Below are positions 1-7,716 of a stretch of DNA of 64,000 bases, piece by piece (positions within the stretch are counted from its first letter, which is position 1; each line of letters starts with the position of its first letter). The stretch comes from an uncultured Sangeribacter sp. (GTDB lineage Bacteria > Bacteroidota > Bacteroidia > Bacteroidales > Muribaculaceae), in NCBI GenBank assembly GCA_964574285.1, contig CAZNMC010000004.1, forward strand, positions 1,447-65,446. The letters are read 5' to 3'. Made by a program: the position numbers and the translations under genes. The notes beneath the pieces are model-generated. The model saw only the letters and a list, made by a program, of their open reading frames with translations. It was not told the origin of the DNA and searched no databases.

Positions 1-48
1 GAGCTAATGGAAGCTGTCGAGCAAATCGAGATTGATTTGCGTCATTGA
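1..48 (+). CDS. 3' end of an upstream CDS (partial, unidentified)
   Basis: Frame 1 reads ELMEAVEQIEIDLRH-stop (TGA 46-48), followed by an AT-rich spacer. Too short to assign a product. Confidence 0.4.
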   Translation, partial: ELMEAVEQIEIDLRH

Positions 49-99
49 TATACAGTGCTTCCTTATTAATTCAGTTTATCCCTCCTTATTTAAATATTT

Positions 100-915
100 A
101 TGATGATATTCAGACATCTATTTCTTTCCGCCATCATAGTCGTAAGTGTGATTCCCGCGTTCAGTTGGGGTCAGAAGGGCCATGACACTACAGCAGCGAT
201 TGCTGAACGCAATCTTACTCCAACAGCAAAACATGCCCTTGATTCCCTTTTGGAAGGGAAAAGTATAGTATATTGGGCAAACTGGTTGGATAATGCTTCT
301 CATACTCCTCAATACGCCTATACCAAAACATGGCACTATAAGAATATTGATGAAGGTTATTCTTATGAAAAAGCTCCCTTACTCGAAAGCGGAGATATAG
401 TCCGAGCACTCGAAAGGCAAATTCTAATCGCACAAGATTCAACACGTAGTGTTGAAGATCGACGTTTGGCAATTAAAATGATAGTTCATTTTTTGGGGGA
501 TATTCACCAACCTATGCATCTTGGTCATGCCTCTGACCGTGGAGCTAATAATGTCGGTGTAAAGTTTTTTAATCGCGATACGAATCTCCATTCCGTATGG
601 GATTCAAACTTACCGGAAGCAGCCCATAAATGGAGCTTTACAGAGTGGAGCGACCAAATCGATCGACCAACGCAAGTTGAAAAAAATGAGATTTTAAAAG
701 GTACTATTAGTGATTGGGCAAAAGAAACCTTCAACATTTGTACAAGAGTATACGAAGAAACCCCACAAGGGACAAATATCTCTTATGATTACATTGCAAA
801 ATGGACTCCTACCATCGAAAATCAATTCTTAAAAGGTGGTCTGAGATTAGCTGACATTCTTAATTCCATTTTTGATTCTGAATATCATCCTAAAACCGAG
901 ACTGTGACTCAATGA
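100..915 (+). CDS. S1/P1 nuclease, secreted
   Basis: Signal peptide ends just before W-G-x-x-G-H (mature Trp1). Zn-ligand motifs WHY, HFLGDIHQPMH and NLHSVWDS are typical of S1/P1 nucleases. Confidence 0.92.
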   Translation: MMIFRHLFLSAIIVVSVIPAFSWGQKGHDTTAAIAERNLTPTAKHALDSLLEGKSIVYWANWLDNASHTPQYAYTKTWHYKNIDEGYSYEKAPLLESGDIVRALERQILIAQDSTRSVEDRRLAIKMIVHFLGDIHQPMHLGHASDRGANNVGVKFFNRDTNLHSVWDSNLPEAAHKWSFTEWSDQIDRPTQVEKNEILKGTISDWAKETFNICTRVYEETPQGTNISYDYIAKWTPTIENQFLKGGLRLADILNSIFDSEYHPKTETVTQ

Positions 916-1418
916 ACCAGCATCAGTCCCACTCCGCATCGGACGGACTTCCTCCTCTGTCTCTTCCGGCTGCGAAGCTAAGAGTGCGTCAACATGAAGG
1001 AGTTGTACAGGTTTTCGATGAACTGCGTGGTAAATATGTAGCTTTGACGCCGGAGGAATTTGTCAGACAGCATTTCGTTGCATGGCTTACTGCATTTAAA
1101 AATTATCCCAAAAGTTTACTGTCCAACGAAGTCACTCTTGAAATTAATGGTCGTCGCCGGCGATGTGATACCGTCGGGTTCTCGCCGGAAGGAGAACCTA
1201 TGATTATTGTTGAATACAAGGCACCAACGGTCACTATAACACAAGACGTGTTTGATCAAATCGCTCGATATAATATGGCTCTTCAAGCTAAGTATCTAAT
1301 TGTATCAAATGGTATTCAACATTATTGTTGCCGCATGGACTATACAAACGATACTTATGATTTTGTCGCAGAAATTCCATCTTATATTTCTCTACGCCAC
1401 CCCACATCTGAAAATTAA
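912..1418 (+). CDS. Standalone HsdR N-terminal (HSDR_N_2-like, PD-(D/E)xK) domain protein
   Basis: Motifs TPEEFVRQHF, RRCDTV, IIVEYKAP, FDQIARYN and IVSNG. ATGA overlap with the nuclease stop codon. Confidence 0.85.
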   Translation: MNQHQSHSASDGLPPLSLPAAKLRVRQHEGVVQVFDELRGKYVALTPEEFVRQHFVAWLTAFKNYPKSLLSNEVTLEINGRRRRCDTVGFSPEGEPMIIVEYKAPTVTITQDVFDQIARYNMALQAKYLIVSNGIQHYCCRMDYTNDTYDFVAEIPSYISLRHPTSEN

Positions 1419-1421
1419 CAA

Positions 1422-2330
1422 TTATCTCTTATTTCGTCGATAAATTTGCCAACTATTGAACATATTCTGCCATATTGAGTAAAAAGCCATTGCTACAGAT
1501 GCAACCGGATTAAGAAATGCAGTGAGCATCCAAATTCCCATAGCAGAATTTTTCTGACCAAGTAGTTGGCCTCCGGCAACCACATCACCATACCAATATC
1601 CGATCTTCCGTCCCACAAAAAACTGAAGAAAGCAGGCGAATAAAGAAATCACACCAAGCCACACCACATTGGACGAATCACTATACCAACGGACAGCAAC
1701 AAAATCTGCAGTTTGGCCAATAGTTACAAATAATGCAACAGCCCATAAATAAAATGAAAAATGCTTGTACCGGGCAAATAGTGAGTTAACTTTTACAATA
1801 TAAATTTGTAAGAATAGGACAATTAGATAAGGGAGGACAATTACACTGGCTATTTTCAAAAAAACTAATAAAAATGTGTCTAAAAAATCCCGATAAAGAC
1901 TATGTTTTAGTATTGTAATCCAAAAGGGAGCGACAAAAGCCACCAATAAATTCCCAAAAATAGTATAAGTTGTCGTCCTCACCGAATTGGCTCCCAACAT
2001 AGAAGCGACCACTGTCACTGAAGAGGCCACAGGACACAACGCACAAATCATCGCACCCTGGGATAATACTTCATTTTGAGAAAAAAGAAAAACGGCCCAA
2101 TAGCTTGCAAAGCTGAAAAGAACTTGAAAAAATCCCAAAATAAAATCCAATTTCCCCGGCCGTAACTTTTTTAAGTCAACCCCGGAAAAAGTCAGTACAA
2201 GAATAGCGAAAATAACATAAGGGACAATAACAGAAATTACACCACAAAATTCGCGAAGAAAATATCCCCCAAGCAACGCTATCGGTAAAACCAAACTTTT
2301 ATAACGCTGCATAGCAAAAAACGATTTCAA
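1422..2330 (-). CDS. Bile acid:sodium symporter (BASS)-family-like membrane transporter
   Basis: About 9 hydrophobic segments; CPVASS...MLGAN and GQLLGQKNS motifs. Start may be ATG 2312. Confidence 0.75.
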   Translation of the reverse strand: MKSFFAMQRYKSLVLPIALLGGYFLREFCGVISVIVPYVIFAILVLTFSGVDLKKLRPGKLDFILGFFQVLFSFASYWAVFLFSQNEVLSQGAMICALCPVASSVTVVASMLGANSVRTTTYTIFGNLLVAFVAPFWITILKHSLYRDFLDTFLLVFLKIASVIVLPYLIVLFLQIYIVKVNSLFARYKHFSFYLWAVALFVTIGQTADFVAVRWYSDSSNVVWLGVISLFACFLQFFVGRKIGYWYGDVVAGGQLLGQKNSAMGIWMLTAFLNPVASVAMAFYSIWQNMFNSWQIYRRNKR

Positions 2331-2572
2331 ATACTTTTCTCACATTGCTAACCATATAAATATAGAAGTAACAAAGTATAGGAATAGAAGTAAAGAGATA
2401 ACCTGGTTGACTTGCAGTAGTTGCATAATTCTTATAAATGTAAAATGGATGGGAGACAAGTCCAAACATAAAGAAGGGTGAATCAAATTCTAACGAATTG
2501 AGCCACCCTAATTTATATTATTTGATGCCAAAATATGGCAACTATTATGCTGATATCCGAAGAGGAAATCTA

Positions 2573-2722
2573 TTACTTCAGAGCTGCCTGAACAGCATCG
2601 TTAGGCACCATTTCCTCTTTAAAGATATAAGCGCCCGTTTTAGGAGATTTCTCCATCTTAATGACTTTGGAATAGGTGCGTCCTTCACCTTTTTGAAGCG
2701 ACGCGACGGTTTTTTTTGCCAT
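2573..2722 (-). CDS. DUF4295 family small protein (49 aa), absent from the ORF track
   Basis: Translated by hand: MAKKTVASLQKGEGRTYSKVIKMEKSPKTGAYIFKEEMVPNDAVQAALK*. Lies directly after rpmG, the usual Bacteroidetes position. Confidence 0.9.
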   Translation of the reverse strand: MAKKTVASLQKGEGRTYSKVIKMEKSPKTGAYIFKEEMVPNDAVQAALK

Positions 2723-2734
2723 GGGTCAGAGTGC

Positions 2735-2923
2735 TTATTTAATTTCTTTGTGGACAGTGACTTTTTTGAGAATTGGATTGTATTTTTTCAACTCCAAACG
2801 CTCAGTAGTGTTTTTGCGGTTTTTGGTTGTGATGTAACGCGACATCCCGGGCATACCGCTGGCCTTATGTTCGGTGCATTCAAGAATTACTTGAACACGA
2901 TTGCCTTTTGCTTTCTTTGCCAT
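2735..2923 (-). CDS. rpmG: 50S ribosomal protein L33
   Basis: [18 protein letters not shown]...[22 protein letters not shown]. Confidence 0.98.
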   Translation of the reverse strand: MAKKAKGNRVQVILECTEHKASGMPGMSRYITTKNRKNTTERLELKKYNPILKKVTVHKEIK

Positions 2924-2938
2924 AACAGTGGGGTAGAA

Positions 2939-3202
2939 TTAAAGGGAGAGGATGGTGATGTCTTTGAAATCCAAATTTCCTTCGGCTTCAGCTCTTTTCA
3001 AAGCAGCATTGAGACCGATTTTGTTGATAGTGCGAAGAGCATGCGCGCTAACGAGGAGCTCAATCCACATATCTTGCTCCACCCAATAGAATTTTTTGCG
3101 GTGAAGATTCACATTAAATTTGCGTTTTGTGCGACGCTTCGAGTGCGAAACATTGTTACCAATGCTTGCCTTCTTGCCCGTTAACTGACAAACTTTTGAC
3201 AT
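2939..3202 (-). CDS. rpmB: 50S ribosomal protein L28
   Basis: [11 protein letters not shown]...[19 protein letters not shown]. Confidence 0.98.
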   Translation of the reverse strand: MSKVCQLTGKKASIGNNVSHSKRRTKRKFNVNLHRKKFYWVEQDMWIELLVSAHALRTINKIGLNAALKRAEAEGNLDFKDITILSL

Positions 3203-3324
3203 GGCTGTTGATTGTTAATTCTTTGATTTAAAGTCTGTTGAAATGTGGCCGCCATCTCACACTCATATCACAGCTGGACGCATCTTTTCCAGCAGCTTTC
3301 TACGGATGTGCCACAAATCGGATG

Positions 3325-3356
3325 CAAAGTTAGTTAAAAATTCCCTAACAGCCAAA
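3325..3356 (-). promoter_or_regulatory. Bacteroidetes housekeeping promoter of rpmB-rpmG-DUF4295
   Basis: Minus strand TTTG (3356-3353), 20-nt spacer, TAACTTTG (3332-3325); matches the -33/-7 consensus. Confidence 0.75.
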
Positions 3357-3437
3357 TCATTCACCAAATATTTTTTATTTTTAAGTCCCAATAAATTGGA
3401 AAATAATATTTCAACTTGAAAATTCAATTAAATGCAA

Positions 3438-4220
3438 TTATTCATCGTTGAAATCTTCTTGGGCTTCATAACTATTACGAAGAAGTCGAATGAGCATCAT
3501 CATTGCATGATTAGTAGCACTTTCTATAACATTATCCCGGCCCCCCGAAAAATGCAGACATTCACTCACTACGGTATCCAAGTATTTAACCGCCATCCAT
3601 ACCGTGCCCACCGGTTTATATCGAGTCCCTCCATCAGGACCCGCAATACCAGTAGTTGCTATCGCACAATCAGTCCGCATTAGACGAGCTGCCCCACGCG
3701 CCATAGCCTCTGCAACACTACGACTGACTGCGCCATCGCGATCAATATCTCGCCTATCAACCCATAAGACATTACACTTCACGTCATTGCTATAACTTAC
3801 CACACTTCCCAGAAAGTAAGCTGATGACCCGGGATTGCGAACAATCCGATGAGCAATGTTACCACCAGTACAACTTTCAGCTGAGCTTACGGTCAACTCT
3901 CTTTCTACTAAAAGCTCTCCTAATACTTGTGCTATTGTCTTATCGGAAGTAGCAACTACCTCTTGTGAAAATATCTCATTGAGATTTTGCTGATACCGAT
4001 TCATTTTAAATCGTAGCAACTCTACTCCGGAATCAATTCCAGTCAATGTGATTCGAGTAACAAGATTATCAGTGTCAATTGATATTCTCACATATTCCGG
4101 GAGCATTGACTCGAAATGCTTCATAACTTTTGCCAACTCCTGGCGAGTGTAGCCATAAATAACGACATGGCGTGTCTCGCGATGAGAAGTGGAATCAGGA
4201 TTTTTCTGCTTATCGGTCAT
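3438..4220 (-). CDS. cinA: CinA-family NMN deamidase (PncC domain) lacking the N-terminal MoCF-like domain
   Basis: C-terminal AESCTGG, GSSAYF, YSNDVK, GAVS and TTGIAGP...KPVGTVW motifs. The first ~95 aa resemble the CinA middle domain. Conserved tsaD-cinA-rpmB order. Confidence 0.85.
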   Translation of the reverse strand: MTDKQKNPDSTSHRETRHVVIYGYTRQELAKVMKHFESMLPEYVRISIDTDNLVTRITLTGIDSGVELLRFKMNRYQQNLNEIFSQEVVATSDKTIAQVLGELLVERELTVSSAESCTGGNIAHRIVRNPGSSAYFLGSVVSYSNDVKCNVLWVDRRDIDRDGAVSRSVAEAMARGAARLMRTDCAIATTGIAGPDGGTRYKPVGTVWMAVKYLDTVVSECLHFSGGRDNVIESATNHAMMMLIRLLRNSYEAQEDFNDE

Positions 4221-4296
4221 CTAATATAATTTATATTGAGAGTTGGGAAATGTTCTATCGCACGAAAAAAGTATATCACCTAAGTAAAATTACATC

Positions 4297-5325
4297 TTAT
4301 ATTTCCACTCTTGCAAATGGCGGCGCACTTAAGTCGCAAAATTCTTTATTCTGAAATCTAAAGTAGCCGGCCATTGCAACCATTGCGGCATTATCGGTCG
4401 TAAACTGCTTAGGGGGAATCCATGCCGTCAACCCCTTACTTTTGCAAAATTCTTCCACAGCTTTGCGTACGCCCGAATTAGCGGACACTCCTCCCCCAAT
4501 AGCAATCTGGCTTACAGGATATTTTTCAGCCGCCAATTCAAGTTTTTCGAGAAGAATCCGAATAATAGTAGCTTGAAGGGAGGCTGCCAAATCTTCTTTA
4601 TTCTCCTCTATAAAACCAGGATTTAATCTCAATTCATCTCGTACTGTATATAGGAAGGAAGTTTTAAGTCCGGAAAAGGAGTAGTCCAACCCTTTAATTC
4701 TCGGACGACTAAATTTAAATGCATTGGGATTACCTTTTTCTGCAAGTCGATCTATATGGGGTCCTCCTGGATATGGCAACCCCATAACCTTAGCGCACTT
4801 ATCAAACGCCTCTCCAGCAGCATCGTCGATAGTACGCCCCACTATTTCCATCTCAAAGGGAGACTTTACAAAAACAATTTGAGAGTTTCCACCCGAAACC
4901 AGTAGGCAAAGAAAGGGAAATTCCGGTACGCTTTGCGAAATTTCAGTGCGAATAAAATGGGATATAATATGGGCCTGGAGATGATTGACCTCTATGAGTG
5001 GAATCTTACCTGCAATAGCTAATCCCTTTGCGAAAGAAGTTCCCACCAATAAAGATCCAAGCAACCCGGGTCCTCTGGTAAAAGCAATTGCATCCAAGTC
5101 TGCAACCGCCACTTGCGCTTGACGCAAAGCCTCAGAAACCGTCGGCACAATGTTTTGCTGGTGAGCTCGAGATGCAAGCTCGGGCACAACCCCACCATAT
5201 GCTTCATGGACTTTCTGCGATGAGATTACGTTGCTCCGTAGAATACCATCAATGATAACAGCAGCCGAAGTGTCATCACATGAAGATTCTATACCCAGGA
5301 TTGTAGTACTCATTATTGGTAACAT
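4297..5325 (-). CDS. tsaD: tRNA N6-threonylcarbamoyltransferase TsaD
   Basis: ILGIESSCDDT, GGVVPELASRAH, NHLQAH, DDAAGEAFDK, TDNAAM. Start may be ATG 5313. Confidence 0.97.
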   Translation of the reverse strand: MLPIMSTTILGIESSCDDTSAAVIIDGILRSNVISSQKVHEAYGGVVPELASRAHQQNIVPTVSEALRQAQVAVADLDAIAFTRGPGLLGSLLVGTSFAKGLAIAGKIPLIEVNHLQAHIISHFIRTEISQSVPEFPFLCLLVSGGNSQIVFVKSPFEMEIVGRTIDDAAGEAFDKCAKVMGLPYPGGPHIDRLAEKGNPNAFKFSRPRIKGLDYSFSGLKTSFLYTVRDELRLNPGFIEENKEDLAASLQATIIRILLEKLELAAEKYPVSQIAIGGGVSANSGVRKAVEEFCKSKGLTAWIPPKQFTTDNAAMVAMAGYFRFQNKEFCDLSAPPFARVEI

Positions 5326-5415
5326 TTAAATTTTCGAGAACAAAAGTAATAAAAATTTGGAGGTTGCACAAAAAATGCTTACCTTTATATTCTTAAATCA
5401 ATACACACCATCAAG

Positions 5416-6198
5416 ATGTCTGAATTATCGGGAATATATCATTCTATATCGAATTCAAACATTTCACTTATCAGAAGTTTAGAAACCAAAAAATTTCGTA
5501 TTCGAGAAGGTCTGTTTGTAGTACAGGGTCGCAAATCGGTGCGTGAAGCACTCACTATTTGGAAACCAGTTTTGGCTGTGGGAAGAACTGAGTGTATTGA
5601 AGATCTTGAAAAAGAATTTCATTTAGGAACCGATTTGATGCGGATGGCGTCAGAAGTTCAGATGCGAAAAATGTCTACTCTAAAAACAGCACCCGATATA
5701 ATTGCTGTTTTTAATCTACCGGAGGAAGAAAATCCGGATATTCATCTTGACAATTCTAAGCTATATCTGCTTCTCGATGGAATCCAGGATCCGGGGAACT
5801 TAGGATCGATTATGCGTACTGCGGATTGGTTTGGTATTGAAAAAGTATTTTGCTCTCCACAGACAGCGGATATATTTAATCCTAAAGCTCTCATGGCTAC
5901 AATGGGTTCTTTCGCTCGTGTTAGAGTCTGCTACACTGATTTGGAACAATTAGTCAGTCGAAACGCCGACCTACCGCTATATGGGACAATGCTTGATGGG
6001 AAAAATATTTATTCCACTACTTTGACTTCAGGAGGGATGGTGGCCTTCGGGAATGAAGGCAACGGTTTATCAGATGGTTTGAAAAAAATGGTAACTTCCC
6101 CCCTTCTCATTCCACCTTTTTATCCTAATCGCCATGCGGAATCACTCAATGTCGGGGCAGCAGCCGCTGTGGTTTTAGCAGAATTTAGAAGATCATAA
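5416..6198 (+). CDS. TrmH/SpoU family RNA 2'-O-methyltransferase
   Basis: LDGIQDPGNLGSIMRTADWFG, FGNEGNG and ESLNV SPOUT motifs. Confidence 0.93.
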   Translation: MSELSGIYHSISNSNISLIRSLETKKFRIREGLFVVQGRKSVREALTIWKPVLAVGRTECIEDLEKEFHLGTDLMRMASEVQMRKMSTLKTAPDIIAVFNLPEEENPDIHLDNSKLYLLLDGIQDPGNLGSIMRTADWFGIEKVFCSPQTADIFNPKALMATMGSFARVRVCYTDLEQLVSRNADLPLYGTMLDGKNIYSTTLTSGGMVAFGNEGNGLSDGLKKMVTSPLLIPPFYPNRHAESLNVGAAAAVVLAEFRRS

Positions 6199-6240
6199 AA
6201 GATTTGAAACTATACATTTTGATTCAACTTAGATAAAAGA

Positions 6241-7617
6241 ATGGCATCCTCGAAAACAAAAACTGCTTTTTTCTGTAATCAATGTGGCTATGAAAGTATA
6301 AAATGGTTAGGAAGGTGTCCGGGATGCGGGGAATGGAATACCATGACAGAAGAAAAAGTCGTAGTTGGGAAGAAAGGTAATTCCCGACGAGCAGGCTTAC
6401 TCTCTTCTGATGTAAAACCAGTAGCTCTTTCCGATATCGAAACTTTGGAAGAGCCACGTATTCTTATGCCGTCTATCGAATTAAACAGAGTATTAGGTGG
6501 CGGTTTGGTTCGGGGAAGTCTAACTTTAATTGGAGGAGAACCGGGTATAGGAAAATCCACCCTCCTCCTTCAAAATATTCTTTCAATACGAAGTAAACGC
6601 ATCCTCTATATTTCGGGAGAGGAATCGGCCACTCAATTAAAATTACGTGCAGATAGGATTGGCAAAAACGCAGACAATACGTTTATCTTATGCGAAACGG
6701 ATCTGGACCGCATCATGGCTCATATTGACAATGTAAAACCTCAGATTGTAGTTGTTGATTCAGTTCAAACCATTTTTTCTCCAGAAATAGAATCGGCTCC
6801 CGGATCGGTGAGTCAGGTTAGAGAGTCAGCTTCCAGACTTCTTCGCTATGCAAAAGAATCTGGGGTACCGGTCATCCTAGTCGGCCACATTAATAAAGAT
6901 GGAGCCATAGCCGGCCCAAAAGTATTGGAACATATTGTCGATACTGTGCTTCAATTTGAAGGTGACCGACAATACCTTTACCGACTTCTCCGAGCAGTCA
7001 AAAATCGCTTTGGAGCAACCTCCGAAATTGGTATATATGAAATGGTCGCTCGGGGTCTTAGAGAAGTAACGAATCCCTCTGAATTACTTCTCTCCCAAAA
7101 TAGAGAAGAAGAGATGTCGGGGATCGCCATAGGAGTAACGGTTGAAGGTGTGCGACCATTTTTAGTTGAAGTCCAAGCACTTGTTTCTTCCGCTGCCTAT
7201 GGAACACCTCAAAGGTCGGTTACAGGATTTGACCAAAGACGCCTGAATATGTTATTGGCAGTTCTTGAGAAACGTGCAAAATTCAAACTCGGACAAAAAG
7301 ATGTTTTTCTCAATATTGCCGGAGGCTTAAAAGTTGCCGATCCGGCCCTTGATCTCGCAGTAGTAGCTGCAATCATGTCGTCGAATTTCGACCTGACCAT
7401 TCCTCAACGAATAGCCATGGTAGGCGAGGTGGGTCTATCCGGAGAAATACGGACAGCGGCTCGAATTGAACAACGTGTTGCAGAAGCCCAGAAACTTGGA
7501 TATGAACGAATTTACATTCCCCAAAAAAATCTTAAAGGGGGTCAAAAAAATGACTTCAAAATAGAAATAATTGAAGTCGGGAAAGTTGAGGAACTTTTTC
7601 GTTCCCTATTTGCATAA
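6241..7617 (+). CDS. radA: DNA repair protein RadA/Sms
   Basis: C4 zinc finger (CNQCG...CPGCG), Walker A GEPGIGKST, KNRFG motif, Lon-like C-terminus. Confidence 0.98.
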   Translation: MASSKTKTAFFCNQCGYESIKWLGRCPGCGEWNTMTEEKVVVGKKGNSRRAGLLSSDVKPVALSDIETLEEPRILMPSIELNRVLGGGLVRGSLTLIGGEPGIGKSTLLLQNILSIRSKRILYISGEESATQLKLRADRIGKNADNTFILCETDLDRIMAHIDNVKPQIVVVDSVQTIFSPEIESAPGSVSQVRESASRLLRYAKESGVPVILVGHINKDGAIAGPKVLEHIVDTVLQFEGDRQYLYRLLRAVKNRFGATSEIGIYEMVARGLREVTNPSELLLSQNREEEMSGIAIGVTVEGVRPFLVEVQALVSSAAYGTPQRSVTGFDQRRLNMLLAVLEKRAKFKLGQKDVFLNIAGGLKVADPALDLAVVAAIMSSNFDLTIPQRIAMVGEVGLSGEIRTAARIEQRVAEAQKLGYERIYIPQKNLKGGQKNDFKIEIIEVGKVEELFRSLFA

Positions 7618-7716
7618 ATCTGACGATGGGGATTGAATATTTTTCGCTAAATTTGTAACTCCATTTACGCGGATGTTGTTTTCGAGTATTTTTCAATTCC
7701 ATTCCCGCCAACTCCA

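Noticed and set aside
912-1418. Type I restriction-modification or anti-phage system
   Set aside because: Only the small N-terminal domain is present; no helicase, HsdM or HsdS nearby.
2362-2393. ATAGAAGTAA direct repeat (22-nt period) upstream of the BASS-like transporter
   Set aside because: Only 10 bp in AT-rich DNA, and no regulator is nearby.
2498-3184. 228-aa plus-strand ORF antisense to rpmB, rpmG and DUF4295
   Set aside because: Shadow ORF. The three real genes happen to share one frame, and their codon bias avoids TTA/CTA/TCA, leaving the antisense frame open. The translation has no recognisable motif.
2573-3202. rpmB, rpmG and DUF4295 all in one frame, suggesting a read-through polyprotein
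   Set aside because: The stops are TAA, the rpmG-DUF4295 spacer has an extra in-frame TGA, and a shared frame has a 1-in-9 chance.
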